Shown here piece by piece: positions 12,976 through 26,200 of a stretch of 64,000 nucleotides of DNA. Position 1 is the first letter of the stretch. Every line of letters begins with the position of its first letter. The notes below the pieces were generated by a model that made no database searches, was not told where the DNA came from, and saw nothing but the letters and a program-made list of their open reading frames with translations. The position numbers were made by a program, and so were the translations under genes. The stretch is from NCBI GenBank assembly GCA_002269645.1, contig NIVC01000977.1:1-64000 (forward strand), read 5' to 3'. The stretch is from Macrostomum lignano. Lineage: Eukaryota.

Positions 12976-15330
12976 TGATTTCTTTTTGCATTACACTTTT
13001 TTGAGCAGTTTGTCTGTCGTCTTTGTGAAGGCTTTATTTGGCTGTCTTTTTGTTACTTGTAGAGAACAGAGATTCTATCCAGATGTCCCCCAACGGGGGG
13101 CGAAGATTGCTAGTTTACTACTATAACTAACAACGTCCTTTTTTGTACTAAGTACTGTGAAGAGTTGGTACAGCCTGCCCCCCTAAAAAATTCTGGGTTC
13201 GCGCCTGGAATCAAGGCTGAATGCTATTCATGCAGATGCATTGTATTGTTGCATTTCTTCTCTACGAACTAAAAAATGAATTATTGGGTCACTCGGAATG
13301 TCAAATAAGTGTACCATTGTAAATTTGACTGTACGATAAATAAAAAGTCTTAAAACATTTTAAATTTAATTGTTGCTATAAAAGAAGTAAAAATGGTATG
13401 CTTTAGTCTGAAGTTTCCCTTTGTGAAACATTTGTTTTTACAAGTTACAATTTAAAAAGTCGTTCTCAGGCCGGCGCGCGGTGCGCTGAGCGGCTTATAG
13501 TTGTCATTATTGGAACAAATTTTAAGATTGAAAAGAAAGGATAAAAGTAAATATTCGACTAGTCATAAAAAATGATAGAGCCAAGGGTCAGCATCTTCAT
13601 CTTCGTCAGATTGATACTTGATACTTAATGGGTTAGATGTGAATCATCAGTGATGGTTTCTTAGAATCATAGATGAGAAGTGTAGCATTTTAATTAAAGC
13701 ACTAATAATTTGTACTAAAGTATGTCTACCCAAAAGTTAATTTTGTTTTTTTTAATATTTTACTGCAATGAATGACAACTAATGTCATTTGAACAGTTTT
13801 TCAAAACAGAATTTTGATTGCAATTTTTCTTGGTTCTTTTCATTTCACGGCTTCATCCCCTGCAATTTCCCCTGGCCCTTGCAAAAACTAAAAGTAAAAA
13901 ACCCCAAATTTTTGGGTCCTCAGGGAGGACTCTCAGGAATTGATATCCATAGTCTACAATAAGTATATGCTATCTATAGTGCATTCTATATGCTAAATTT
14001 CTGCTTCTGGTATAAAAAGGTATGGCCACTAGCTAGCCACGCTGCCACTATAGGCCTATCATTATTATTGAGTATTTTATCAAGCTTTGTTAGGTCAGGG
14101 CTTATGTTAAACATTTAGACTTCAAAAAAATTATACTTGACTAGGCCTAGGCCTAAGTCTAAGACAAAGCCAAAGTGTTATGCCATATTGCAAATGAAAT
14201 ATACATAAGAAAATTCTAACATATAATCAATAATCTTAGTCTTGGACTTAGCCTGTTCTTAGTAATAGTAGGTTTGAATATCAATACTCATGTCATGGTG
14301 CACATGCACACTTTATAGAATCATGCAAAAGGGCTAGTGTTATATTTACTTGTAAGTAGAAAAATAATCATTTCAAAAAGTTCATTTTTAAGCAATTAAT
14401 TTCAAGCTTTTCCATTTTTAAGCTCATAATATAGTATTTACACAAAGGTTTGTGTGTATGAATTTTCCAGCAAATATAGTATAGGTAAGAAAGACAAAAA
14501 AGCAACCAAATTATTTGTCAAAAAAGATTCTTTTTGCAACAAAAAAGGTCATTTACTATTGCAACACAAAAATGTCATATTGTTGTTATATGGCATAGAT
14601 TTGAATGTAGTCATATACTCACTTTTTGGCATGCATTTGTAACTATTCAATTTTTGTTTGGGCATGCACCAAGCATGATCTGGACTATGGAAAGGGATAT
14701 ATGTTTGAGATTAAAAAGTTAGCTACCAAGCTATCAATCAATACTAGAATTCAAATCAAGCCCTTGCTTATTTTTCTGATTTTAGACTATTACTCTTTGG
14801 ATAGCTAGACAACCAGTGGCCTTAAGTTGGATTGTGCCACTTGTGGAGGTATAGCCAGCTTTAGAATGGCAATTATTTTTATATGTTATTTTGAACAAGA
14901 CCTTTATTTTGATATTTTAAATTTTAATATTTAAATGTTATTAGTTTATTTTAAAATAGACCCATATTGTAAAATAAACTTGAATTCAAACAATTCAAAC
15001 AATTGAGTTAATTTTGTTATGATGACAAATTAATAAATAAATATATCCTTGACCTTGGCTTAATAAGTAAAATGTGCCTTAGTTTATCTCATATATATTT
15101 GCATAATCTATTTGTATGCAATTAAAGTAATTAGATCTATTTTTAAAACTGGATAGACTCAAACTCTAGCATGGCCACGCTACTCTTATAGCTACCCTGG
15201 CACCTATGACCCCTAACACCAAACAGAGCACATTCATGTTTCAACTATGATAGGAATTAACATATAGTAAAACAATAGCAATAGAGTATGTACAATAAGT
15301 ATTATAAAAAGGAAACATACTACACTAAAT

Positions 15331-15629
15331 CATACATGCGAAACCTCCAAAATTCGGTCGGCCGTGCGACTTAGTTTTAACAAAAATGCGACGTAGTTTT
15401 TGGCCAAAATTGCGACTTACATGTAAAAAAAACCCTAAAGCAAAATTAACGCAATTTTGGGTAAACGGCAGGAGTAACTATGACTGTCTTATTAAGCCAA
15501 AATGCCTCGTCAGCTACTTAGTACTACTACTTGGGTGTTTTTTCGGGTGGGCATTTTTGCGACTTCCTTGGTTGGCCGCCAAATCGGTCGGCCGGATCGG
15601 CCGACTCGGCCGACTGTTGCGCATGTATG
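15331..15629. mobile_element. hAT-type MITE (299 bp)
   Basis: 14-bp terminal inverted repeats CATACATGCGAAAC / GTTGCGCATGTATG (1 mismatch), flanked by a perfect 8-bp direct repeat CACTAAAT (15323-15330 and 15630-15637). An 8-bp TSD is characteristic of hAT elements. Confidence 0.85.
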
Positions 15630-16458
15630 CACTAAATAAATTTTAACTAAAATAATTAATAGATAATTTCCAAGAATGTAGGATACATTATAAAAAAGTA
15701 TATACATTCAAATGATACATAAAAATTTACAATATCAGAAAACTTTTAACAAAACAATCTGCTTTTGGCAAATTGACTTGCTACCTATTTGGCACTTGAA
15801 TTTTATTAGCTACTTTTTATGTTTTTCTGTACAATGTTTTCCTATATACCTAAAAGTTGTATAATTACTTCTTTGTTATATAGTAGGGCCTACTCTGTCT
15901 GGCTTTGCTTTTAAATTATAGTTGCAAAAAGCATAAATAAACCTTTTAAAGTTGCACAAGTTTGCTAGAAATCTATGTTTAAGTGCACAAGTTTATACAA
16001 AAATTGCATCCTGGGATAGAAAGATAATTTGTAGTTTTCTCTCTACCAAAACAAAAAGGGAAAAGGCAAACAAACAGAATCCTCAATGGAGTAAAAAGAA
16101 GGAAAACAGAAAGGAAATTTATAACAGCTAGGTTATAAGTTCTAGACAGAACTAAGTTATAAGTGGAGCCAACTAGATTACACTTTTGTTAAAACTAAAT
16201 TGCATAGCCAGTATAATTTGGGAAAGTTATTTGTATACCAGATGGCATTACTTATTATAGCATAAATTTGAATCTGGGATTAAGAGTTGGCGTAAATTCA
16301 AACTGAAGCTTGGAAAAATACTGGGTGCCAATCATCTGAGGTGAATATCGTTCTCAGTTAATTTTTAGCAGTGAACATCGAAAATTGCATCATTCCAGCC
16401 GTGCACTGCATCGCAGCAGTCTTTCTCTAAACTCTCAGCGCAATCCCGACAGAGTCAG

Positions 16459-19400
16459 ATGTCCGATCCAGACGGCGATACAGACTTGGCTGAGAAAGTC
16501 AAAGCCGAGGGTAACGCCCTGTTTGCTCAGAAGAAATATACCGATGCTATCCGATGTTACGATCGAGCGATCGAGCTTAGTTCTCGAGTGGCCAGTTACT
16601 ATGGCAACCGAGCTGCAGCCTACATCATGCTCAGTCGATATCACGTAAAAAACTGCTAACAGTTTTAAACTTAGTTCAATCAATGATCCCTGATACATTC
16701 GATCCCAAGTAAGAATCGCCCCTGATCCATTGATCCCAAGTAAGAATCGCCCCTGATCCATTTGATCCCAAGTAAGAATCGCCCCTGATCCATTCGATCC
16801 CAGTTAAGAATCGCCCCTGATCCATTTGATCCCAAGTAAGAATCGCCCCTGATCCATTGGATCCCAAGTAAGAATCGCCCCTGATCCATTTGATCCCAAG
16901 TAAGAATCGCCCCTGATTTATTTGATCCCAAGTAAGAATCGCCTCTGATCCATTTGATCCCAAGTAAGAATCGCCCCTGATCCTTTCGATCCCAGTTAAG
17001 AATCGCCCCTGATCCATTTGATCCCAAGTAAGAATCGCCCCTGATCCATTTGATCCCAAGTAAGAATCGCCCCTGATCCATTGATCCCAAGTAAGAATCG
17101 CCCCTGATCCATTTGATCCCAAGTAAGAATCGCCCCTGATCCATTCGATCCCAGTTAAGAATCGCCCCTGATCCATTTGATCCCAAGTAAGAATCGCCCC
17201 TGATCCATTGGATCCCAAGTAAGAATCGCCCCTGATCCATTTGATCCCAAGTAAGAATCGCCCCTGATTTATTTGATCCCAAGTAAGAATCGCCTCTGAT
17301 CCATTTGATCCCAAGTAAGAATCGCCCCTGATCCTTTCGATCCCAGTTAAGAATCGCCCCTGATCCATTTGATCCCAAGTAAGAATCGCCCCTGATCCAT
17401 TCGATCCCAGTTAAGAATCGCCCCTGATCCATTTGATCCCAAGTAAGAATCGCCCCTGATCCATTGGATCCCAAGTAAGAATCGCCCCTGATCCATTTGA
17501 TCCCAAGTAAGAATCGCCCCTGATCCATTGGATCCCAAGTAAGAATCGCCCCTGATCCATTTGATCCCAAGTAAGAATCGCCCCTGATTTATTTGATCCC
17601 AAGTAAGAATCGCCTCTGATCCATTTGATCCCAAGTAAGAATCGCCCCTGATCCTTTCGATCCCAGTTAAGAATCGCCCCTGATCCATTTGATCCCAAGT
17701 AAGAATCGCCCCTGATCCATTCGATCCCAGTTAAGAATCGCCCCTGATCCATTTGATCCCAAGTAAGAATCGCCCCTGATCCATTGGATCCCAAGTAAGA
17801 ATCGCCCCTGATCCATTTGATCCCAAGTAAGAATCGCCCCTGATCCATTGGATCCCAAGTAAGAATCGCCCCTGATCCATTTGATCCCAAGTAAGAATCG
17901 CCCCTGATTTATTTGATCCCAAGTAAGAATCGCCTCTGATCCATTTGATCCCAAGTAAGAATCGCCTCTGATCCTTTCGATCCCAGTTAAGAATCGCCCC
18001 TGATCCATTTGATCCCAAGTAAGAATCACCTCTGATCCATTGGATCCCAAGTAAGAATCGCCTCTGATCCATTTGATCGCAAGTAAGAATCGCCCCTAAA
18101 CTATTTGATCCCAAGTAAGAATCGCCTCTGATACATTCGATCCCAGTTAAGAATCGCCTCTGATCTATTCGATCCTAAGTAAGAATCGCCCCTGATCTAT
18201 TCGATCCCAAGTAAGAATCGCCCCTGATCTATTCGATCCCAAGTAAGAATCGCCCCTGATCTATTCGATCCCAAGTAAGAATCGCCTTTGATCAAATTTC
18301 CCAATTCCAGGATGCGCTGAAGGACTGCCGCACAAGTGTTTCTATCGATTCGAACTTTCTCAAAGGCTATCTACGATTAGGCAAAGTGCTGCTCAATCTT
18401 GGCGAATTCTCCGAATCGGTCATCGCCTTTCAGAAGGCTCTGGTGCTCGATTCCAGTTGCCACGAGGCCGAACAGCAACTGTTGATGCTGAAGGACATCG
18501 AGGATCAGCTGTCGAGCGTTGAGAAGCGGCTTAGTGGTGGCGATGCTCGCACTGCGCTGTATCACTTGGACAGGTATCCTTTACCATTCGCCATGAGAAT
18601 CTTATTTATGGGGGGGGCAGAGCAGCTCACCGATAAACCTGTCTGGCTCCACCACCACCCCTAGTTTGAATCCGTGCACAGTCACATTCATTTGGGGCTA
18701 GTGTGCCTCCAACCTCAGGCGTTTTGAGGTCGAGTATGAAAAATAGAAAGTGTTTTGTTTTGCCTTGCCTTGCCTTGTTCTGGCTTAAACGTTACCGTGA
18801 CAAGAATCGCTAAAGAGTCATTGCAAACAGCTCACTAGTGACTCTAGCGACTCTGGGGCGACTTGACTTTTTAACGACTCAAACAATCAATTGACTGTTA
18901 AGTCACGAGCGCATCACGTGAGTTGCAGAATCGTAAAAGTCGTCCAAGAATCTTCTTAACTTTCTACTGACTCAAGTAGACTGAATAGAGTTGTTATATA
19001 TGCGAAATGCTATTCGAATTCATAAAGTGACGCAGATGCGCTTCAGACGCAACTCGGTGATTCTGCAGCGACTCTGGCACGCCTCAGATGCGACTCTACG
19101 GCCCCAGAGCCTTCAATTGTCTTTTTTGGAGACTTGTACCGTGACATCTCGTCGTTTTAGAGTCGTCTAGGGTCAATTCTTTAAACTTCTTTCCTATTTT
19201 ACCTGTGTTACCAGCAACCACTCTAGGGCAGCGGTTACTGTTAATTTCATCGGGTTAGATACCAAAATTCCTGCCGACACTCCAGGTGCCTCCAGAGCGC
19301 GCCCCACAGTACTCGACTGAGGCTTCGCCGAGCCGAACTGTTAATTGAACTAGGCCGACACGACGAAGCGGCGATGCTGACCACCGACTTAGTCCGGCTG

Positions 19401-21047
19401 GACTCCAGCGGGCCCGAGGTGGCCTCCGAGCTGCTGCTATTGCGCGGCCTGTCGCTCTACTATCAGGAGATGCACGAGAAAGCTCAGCAGCATTTCGCCC
19501 AGGCCTTGAAAATGAATCCGGACTGCGAGAAAGCTAAAGCGGCTTTTAAACGGAGCAAACGACTGGCCGCGGCTAAGGACGAGGCAAATTCGCTGATTAA
19601 AGACAAAAACTACGAAGCGGCTTGTACAGCTTACACAAATGCCCTGCTTATTGATCCTAAGCACGACGCCTACAATGCCAAGGTTAATATGATAGCTGTA
19701 TTGTTGGTTTATTTAACTTCCACATTTTTTAGTTGTGTAAATGGTAGAGTAGAGATGTTGGTGTTTTATTTGATTTTGAACTTTTCTTGACTGAGGTCAG
19801 CTGACATCCTGATCCTGGTTTTCAATTTGACACCCTGAATTTGAACCCAGTATACCATTTCATCCCATTCGAAATCAATTAGCAACAAATAGACATGTTT
19901 TGTGTCCCAACCCCATCCAGGTGCACTGCAACCGGGCCCTGAGCCTGCTCCATCTCGACCGGCTGCAGGAGGCACTCGAGGACTGTCAGGCCGCTTTAAA
20001 TCTACAACCGGACTATGCTAACGCTATGAAACGCCTAGCCCAGGTGCAACAACGTCTGGAACAATTCGAAGAGGCTGTAAAGACCTGCGAAGAACTGCAA
20101 CGGCGGCATCCCAGTAGGGAGAATCGGGCCTTTCTACAGGTGATTTGTGTGATTTTACATCGGCTTCATAAGTTTATTATCATGTGTTAACGTGAAAGAT
20201 TCAAATTAGACTACTGAGAAAAGTAGACAAATAAAGATTTGAATCGTAAAGTCTCTCACATAGTACGAAAAATTCCGTCATAAAAGAAATGGCTTGTACA
20301 CTCTAAGTGGTTGGATTGGACAGCGTGTGGCTATGACTAACTGACGAAGGCTCTCAGTCATGGGTGGCATAAAAAGAACTGAGAGGAACTTATAGATGCT
20401 TAGAGTTCATGAATTTCGTGTTGAGAATAGGCTTTGTGGTTTGTGCTGTGTGTAAATCCTAGGGCGATTGAGAAGACACCATAAATACATGTACAGTTTT
20501 GGATATTTTTTCAGTAAAAATACAGCGTATATACGATATACGTTTAAATTGTTCTCGTAGTCGTAGATAGTTGATAAAAGAGATTTTTTCATCCGTCCAG
20601 GAGGCTCAACTAGCCCTGAAAAAGTCTAAACGGAAATGCTACTACAAGATCCTTGGCGTTGGCCAAACAGCCAGCGACGACGAAATCAAGCGAGCCTACA
20701 AAAAGAAAGCGCTGCTGCACCATCCGGATCGGCATTCGAGCGCCACAGAGGAACAGAAACGAGCCGAAGAGACCGCTTTTAAAGATGTTGGCGAGGCTTA
20801 CTCCGTGCTAACTGATCCGCAGAAGCGTCGACGCTACGACGCCGGCGAAGATCTTGAAGACATGCAGCAGGGTGGAGCCGGCGGCTTCAACGGCATGGAT
20901 CCTAACCAGATTTTTGCGCAATTTTTTGGCGGCGGCGGCGGCGGCGGCGGATTCCCGTCGTTTCATCAGCAGCAGCACTTCCACGGCGGTCATCATCGCG
21001 GTGGCGGCGCTGGCGGCATGCCCGGGTTCAGCTTCTCATTCGGATAA
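16459..21047 (+). CDS. DNAJC7: DnaJ homolog subfamily C member 7 (TPR co-chaperone), 503 aa; exons 16459-16644, 18311-18573, 19286-19682, 19921-20139, 20601-21047
   Basis: GT-AG introns with matching phases give one 1512-nt ORF. TPR repeats ([26 protein letters not shown]) and a C-terminal J-domain (YYKILGV...HHPDRH...[14 protein letters not shown]), followed by a G/F-rich tail. Confidence 0.95.
16690..18295. repeat. 32-bp minisatellite GATCCCAAGTAAGAATCGCCCCTGATCCATTT filling DNAJC7 intron 1
   Basis: About 50 units. Variant CCTGATTTATTT at 16912, 17263, 17583 and 17903 (10-11-unit higher-order period). Confidence 0.96.
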
Positions 21048-23280
21048 TTTGGTTTTATTTGTGTCCAGGAAATTAATCAAATCTATTGTGTTATTGATAG
21101 ATTGCTTTTTGGCTTGAATAAGTTGGGTTACGTTAAGCTTATTTTTAGATTACGTTTGCATATGCATTAGGGGTGATCTTTAGTCTTCGTATATCATAAA
21201 ATTAAGTCCAATTTAAGGGGCCATAATAATTAGGTGAAGTTCATTAGACTATTCAGGCAGGCGGAGAGAAAAGCAACGATTAAAGTGGGGTTAGGGGGTG
21301 GAGTGGGTTGGGATGGATGGGCCGATTAAAAAATCGATAATAAAGTCGACCACCTCACGCGTGACACTGGCGGAGAGACTAGCATGCAGCGATAAAGTTG
21401 GGGTTAGCCTTTTACCCGGCGTGCGCTAGACTAAAACGGGCTAGAAAATCAGAAAATCGATAAACCTTACCCAGCGAAGGTTGGCCGTCGCTACAAGAAG
21501 GTTTGGGGTGGGACTGGGGGTTCGACCAGAAAATCGATAAGCTTCAACCCTCAGCCTCGGGCACTGCCGGGTGGGGAAACGCAGCAATAAATTTTTCGGT
21601 TAGAAGGTCAGAGGGAGCTAAAAAAGGATTTAAAAAGTAAATCATTTTTACTTCACACATCCTAGGCCGGGGATGTAAAGTTGACTATTTTTCATTGAAT
21701 GCACATTTGTTCGGCAATGAAAAACTGTGAAAAAAGTTTATCGAATTTAAAACGATTTACTTTTGTGTCTTAACAATTTATTGTTATTAATCAGAAAAAA
21801 GGTCAAGCTAAATCAAGATTATTGCTATTTCGTATAATTTTTGTTGGTTTAAAAAAGCAGTCGTTTCTTGTCGCCCTTGAAACTGTGTATGTTTTTTTGT
21901 ATGAAACGAGGAATTGTCTCCCTTCAATAGGTAGTTTTCGCGGGAGAGAGATTTGTGCGCCAGGTTGATAAGCTGTGACAATAACTTCTTTGCTTAAAAA
22001 TATAAGATTCTCAAATTATTGCCTGGCTTACTTTGGGATACAAGTGTGCTAATTATTTGTGCAGAATTTGTGTCTCCTTTGCAACTAACTGTCTTATTAT
22101 TTTTATCCAAGCTTTTCAATTATCAAAATTATTTATTGCGTGCAAAATAAATCAGTCTCCTATGTTGTCTTCATACTTGTTTGTTTTAGTGAGCTCAAAG
22201 TTATTAAGTCTTATAGGTTGGTCTTGTCTTTGCACTTTCGCACTCTCAGGTTGGGCCACAGCTTCGAAAGATTTTTTTCTAGTGCTTGGCTTCGCCTACC
22301 ATCCCAGATCCTCAGTTGCTGAGCCACCCTCCCGGATGCTCGGTTGCTAGGCCACCACCATCCAAAATCCACAGTTGCTAAGCCGCCACCTAAATTGCGT
22401 AATTTGGGTAAAAATCTGCCCGCTATTATGTTTGCAATCGTTCCGCCTTTTCAGTCTGAAGTTTGCTTAATATCTGTCTGAAATTTTTAACCAGCGGCTT
22501 TTGTATCCTACTGAAGAAAAGTTACACTTGCCTAAAGTGCACAGCAACTGTTTCCAAGAAAATTTGCTTTAGATAGGGCTCGTATTTCTGCAAGTTCTAT
22601 CCCGAATATACTACTTATAGTCTCGCCAATGACTCTAGAAAGTAGTAAGTACCTTAAATTATAATTGTGCAGTTTCTGCGCGTTTTTTTCTCTGTGTAGA
22701 ATTCTTTTATTGCAACCATAATTGGAAACCAAAATCTGCAGCCCATTTTCCCTAGTTTATTTTTTAAAGTGTACTATCCAAAGATTCAGTTAAGCTTTTA
22801 AAACTTAGTAGTAGTTTTCTTTTTCGATCCTAACAAAAGTTTATAGTGCGCATAGTGCTGTGTAGCACCGCCACGTAATTATTGTGTTTCTGCGTCTTGT
22901 TTTTTATTGTCAATCTATTATTAATTATTATTCTTCTAACATTATACTTACGAGTATTTTAGAAACTGAAATTTTCTTTGCATGCAAAGTAAAACAAGGG
23001 TTTGACAATAAACTACTAGCGGCATGAAAAATGCGATATTTGGATTTTACTGCAGTTTTCGTGTTTTTTGGCGTTTCTGCTAAATTTATTTGGAATATTT
23101 AATAACGCTTAGTTTATTATTATTAGTCAGTGCTTTAGTAAAATTGTGCAGAAACGATTGGGTTGCAGAGATAGTGTTGTCAATCATATATTTCTGATTT
23201 TTATTTTGTTACAGCAGTAGTGCTAGGATCTTTATTAATATTAGTTATTAAAGTCGAATTATGATTTTAATTCTCTCGAA

Positions 23281-26200
23281 ATGCCGCAGGAGTTTCAGTC
23301 GCCATCAGTCGCAGTCACGGCCGCCGCGGCCGCGGCCCTGTCCGCCTACACTCTGCTATCTGGCCTGCTGCTGCGCTATCCGACTCTGCTTCATCGGCGA
23401 AAGCGTCGACATTTCGCCGCCGCACACATCAGCCACCGAGGCGGAGCGGCCGAACTCGCTGAGAACACCATGGAAGCGTTTGAAGCGGCTGTTAGTCAGC
23501 ACCGCACCCACATGCTGGAGCTGGACTGCCAGATCACTAGGGATGGACAGGTGCGTGTCTGCTTGTCCTGGCTTGTTGACTGGATCCATCTCTTTCATAT
23601 CCATCCATTTCGAGCTCTTCCATCTCTCATCTCCATCTATCTCTTCTATCTCTCTCATCTCCATCTCTTCCAATCTCCATCGCTCCCATCTCCGTCTCTC
23701 ATCTTCATCTCTTCCATCTTTATCTCTCCCATCTCCATCTCATCTTCATCTCCTCCATCTCTCTCATCTTCATCTCCTCCATCTCTTCCATCTCCATCTC
23801 TTCCATCTTTATCTCCTCCATCTCTTCCATCTCCATCTCTTCCATCTTTATCTCCTCCATCTCTTCCATCTCCATCTCCGTCTCTTCCATCTCCATCTCT
23901 CATCTTCATCTCCTCCATCTCTCCCATCTCCATCTCCACCTCTATCTCTCTATTTCTCCCATCTCTCTTCCTGTCTCCTCTCTCCCTCTCTCCTGCCTCT
24001 CTTCTATCTGTCTATTCTATTCTATATCTTGTGTTTAAATTATTTTTTGCCTCTTGCCCTCACTCTTCTGCACCTATCTCCCTCGTTTGAATTTTTACTT
24101 ATTCTAGTCTAGGCTAGGTTTTTTATAAATAAGTATTTTTGATTTTGATATCACTGAGTGGATGTTGGCTCCTGAAGTGCTTAACCTACTATTCCTAACC
24201 TTGGAAATACACTCCGTTAAACCCTACATTTGCCAATGCTCACCCTGGCCTCTCCCAGGTGGTAGTCGCTCACGACAACGATTTGAATCGCCTGTGCGCC
24301 AAGTCTGGTCGAATCGACCAGATTAACTACGCCGAGTTGCCGCCTATTCGCCGAGATATCGCCGTCACATTCGAGCCCGGCCTGATCGTCACCGCTGGCA
24401 AAGATCGGCGAATCCCCCTATTAGCCGAGGTGCTGGTCGCTTTTCCCAACGTGCCGTTGAACATCGACATCAAAGAGGATCGGCCGGATCTGCTGGAGGC
24501 TGTTCGACAACTCGTAGTGCAGCATGGAAGGTTCGGCTGCTTTTTCTGACCCCGTCCGCCCCCTTTATCAAAGAAGCAGTCATACGCACACTCGCACTCA
24601 CAGCGGCCCTAACTTTATTTATCGTTAGGCATGTACACTTCACTGTGCCTTAGGAGTTCGCACTCAAGGCGTTCGTACTCAAGTGACTGCACTTGGGAAT
24701 CGAGCCTGGGCCGCTGGCACATCGGAGCGCCGCGCTGGACCACTGGGCTACGGTTTCCCTCTTTCCAATTTCTCATTTCCCGTCACTTGTCAATATTCTG
24801 GATCAATTAAACAGTCATATTTTTCTTCTAACCAACAAAGTATTCAAGAAGCAAGCAATGATGACACAAACGGGACGTAATGCTGATCCAGTTTAGTGAT
24901 TGATCGCAAATCTGATGCCTGAGGCTTGCTTTTATCTTAACTAAAGACCCAAGATCTCTGTGATCCTTCTAGTTGTGGGTTCTCAACTTCCTCCCTGAGC
25001 ATCTGCTGAACTCCCTGAGCACCTGCTGAACTCCCTCCATGAGCATCTGCTGAACTCCCTGAGCACCTGCTGAACTCCCTCCATGATCATCTGCTGAACT
25101 CCCTGAGCACCTGCTGAACTCCATGAGCATCTGCTGAACTCCCTCCCTGAGTATCAGCTGAACTCCCTCCCTGAGCATCTGCTGAACTCCCTGAGTATCT
25201 GCTGAACTCCCTGAGCATCTGCTGAACTCCCTGAGCATCTGCTGAACTCCCTGAGCATCTGCTGAACTCCCTGAGCATCTGCTGAACTCCCTGAGTATCA
25301 GCTGAACTCCCTGAGCACCTGCTGAACTCCCTGAGCACCTGCTGAACTCCCTCCCTGAGCACCTGCTGAACTTCCTCCATGAGTATCAGCTGAACTCGCT
25401 GAGCACCTGCTGAACTCCCTCCCTGAGCCCTGAGTATCAGCTGAACTCCCTGAGCACCTGCTGAACTCCCTCCCTGAGCACCTGCTGAACTCCCTCCCTG
25501 AGCACCTGCTGAACTCCCTCCCTGAGCACCTGCTGAACTCCCTCCCTGAGCACCTGCTGAACTCCCTTCCTGAGCACCTGCTGAACCTCCTTCCTGAGCA
25601 CCTGCTGAACTCCCTCCATGAGTATCAGCTGAACTCGCTGAGCACCTGCTGAACTCCCTCCCTGAGCCCTGAGTATCAGCTGAACTCCCTGAGCACCTGC
25701 TGAACTCCCTCCCTGAGCACCTGCTGAACTCCCTCCCTGAGCACCTGCTGAACTCCCTCCCTGCCCACCTCCGCCATCCAGACAGGACACGGTGGTGTGG
25801 GGCAACCGGTCTTACCGGGTTGTGAGGCAGCTCAGAGCCATGGAACCCCGAGTCAGCACCCTGTTCTCGATGCGCTCTATCCTGTTCACCGTGCTGCTGT
25901 ACGCTACCGGCCTGCTGCCTTTCGTGCCAATTAGCGACGATTTTTTTGAGCCGCCGATGCTTTCCGCCCTGCTCGAGCTCGAACCGTTCGCGGCCGCCTA
26001 TCCTAACTGGTTCGGTCGCTGTCTGGTTCGCATATTCGATAAACTGATGATGTCGCCAAAGCTGATCCGGCATCTGCACGAGCGCGGCGTGCCCACCTAC
26101 GTTTGGGTGCTGAATCAGGAGCAGCATTTTCTTAAAGCGTTTCAGGTGATCTACGAGGTTTATCTGGCATTTGAAACCTGTCAAATTCGAGTCCAAATTG

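Larger units (their letters stand above)
9782..13113 (+). mobile_element. Non-autonomous Helitron-like element 3 (~3.3 kb), carrying 23-bp satellite 3
   Basis: Starts TCCTATATACTAAAAATG directly after the CTAG of element 2. Ends with hairpin TCCCCCAACGGGGGG, AGATTG-CTAG (13110-13113), followed by T. Confidence 0.8.

Noticed and set aside
16676-18114. Minus-strand repeat ORFs in DNAJC7 intron 1
   Set aside because: Translations of the 32-bp minisatellite.
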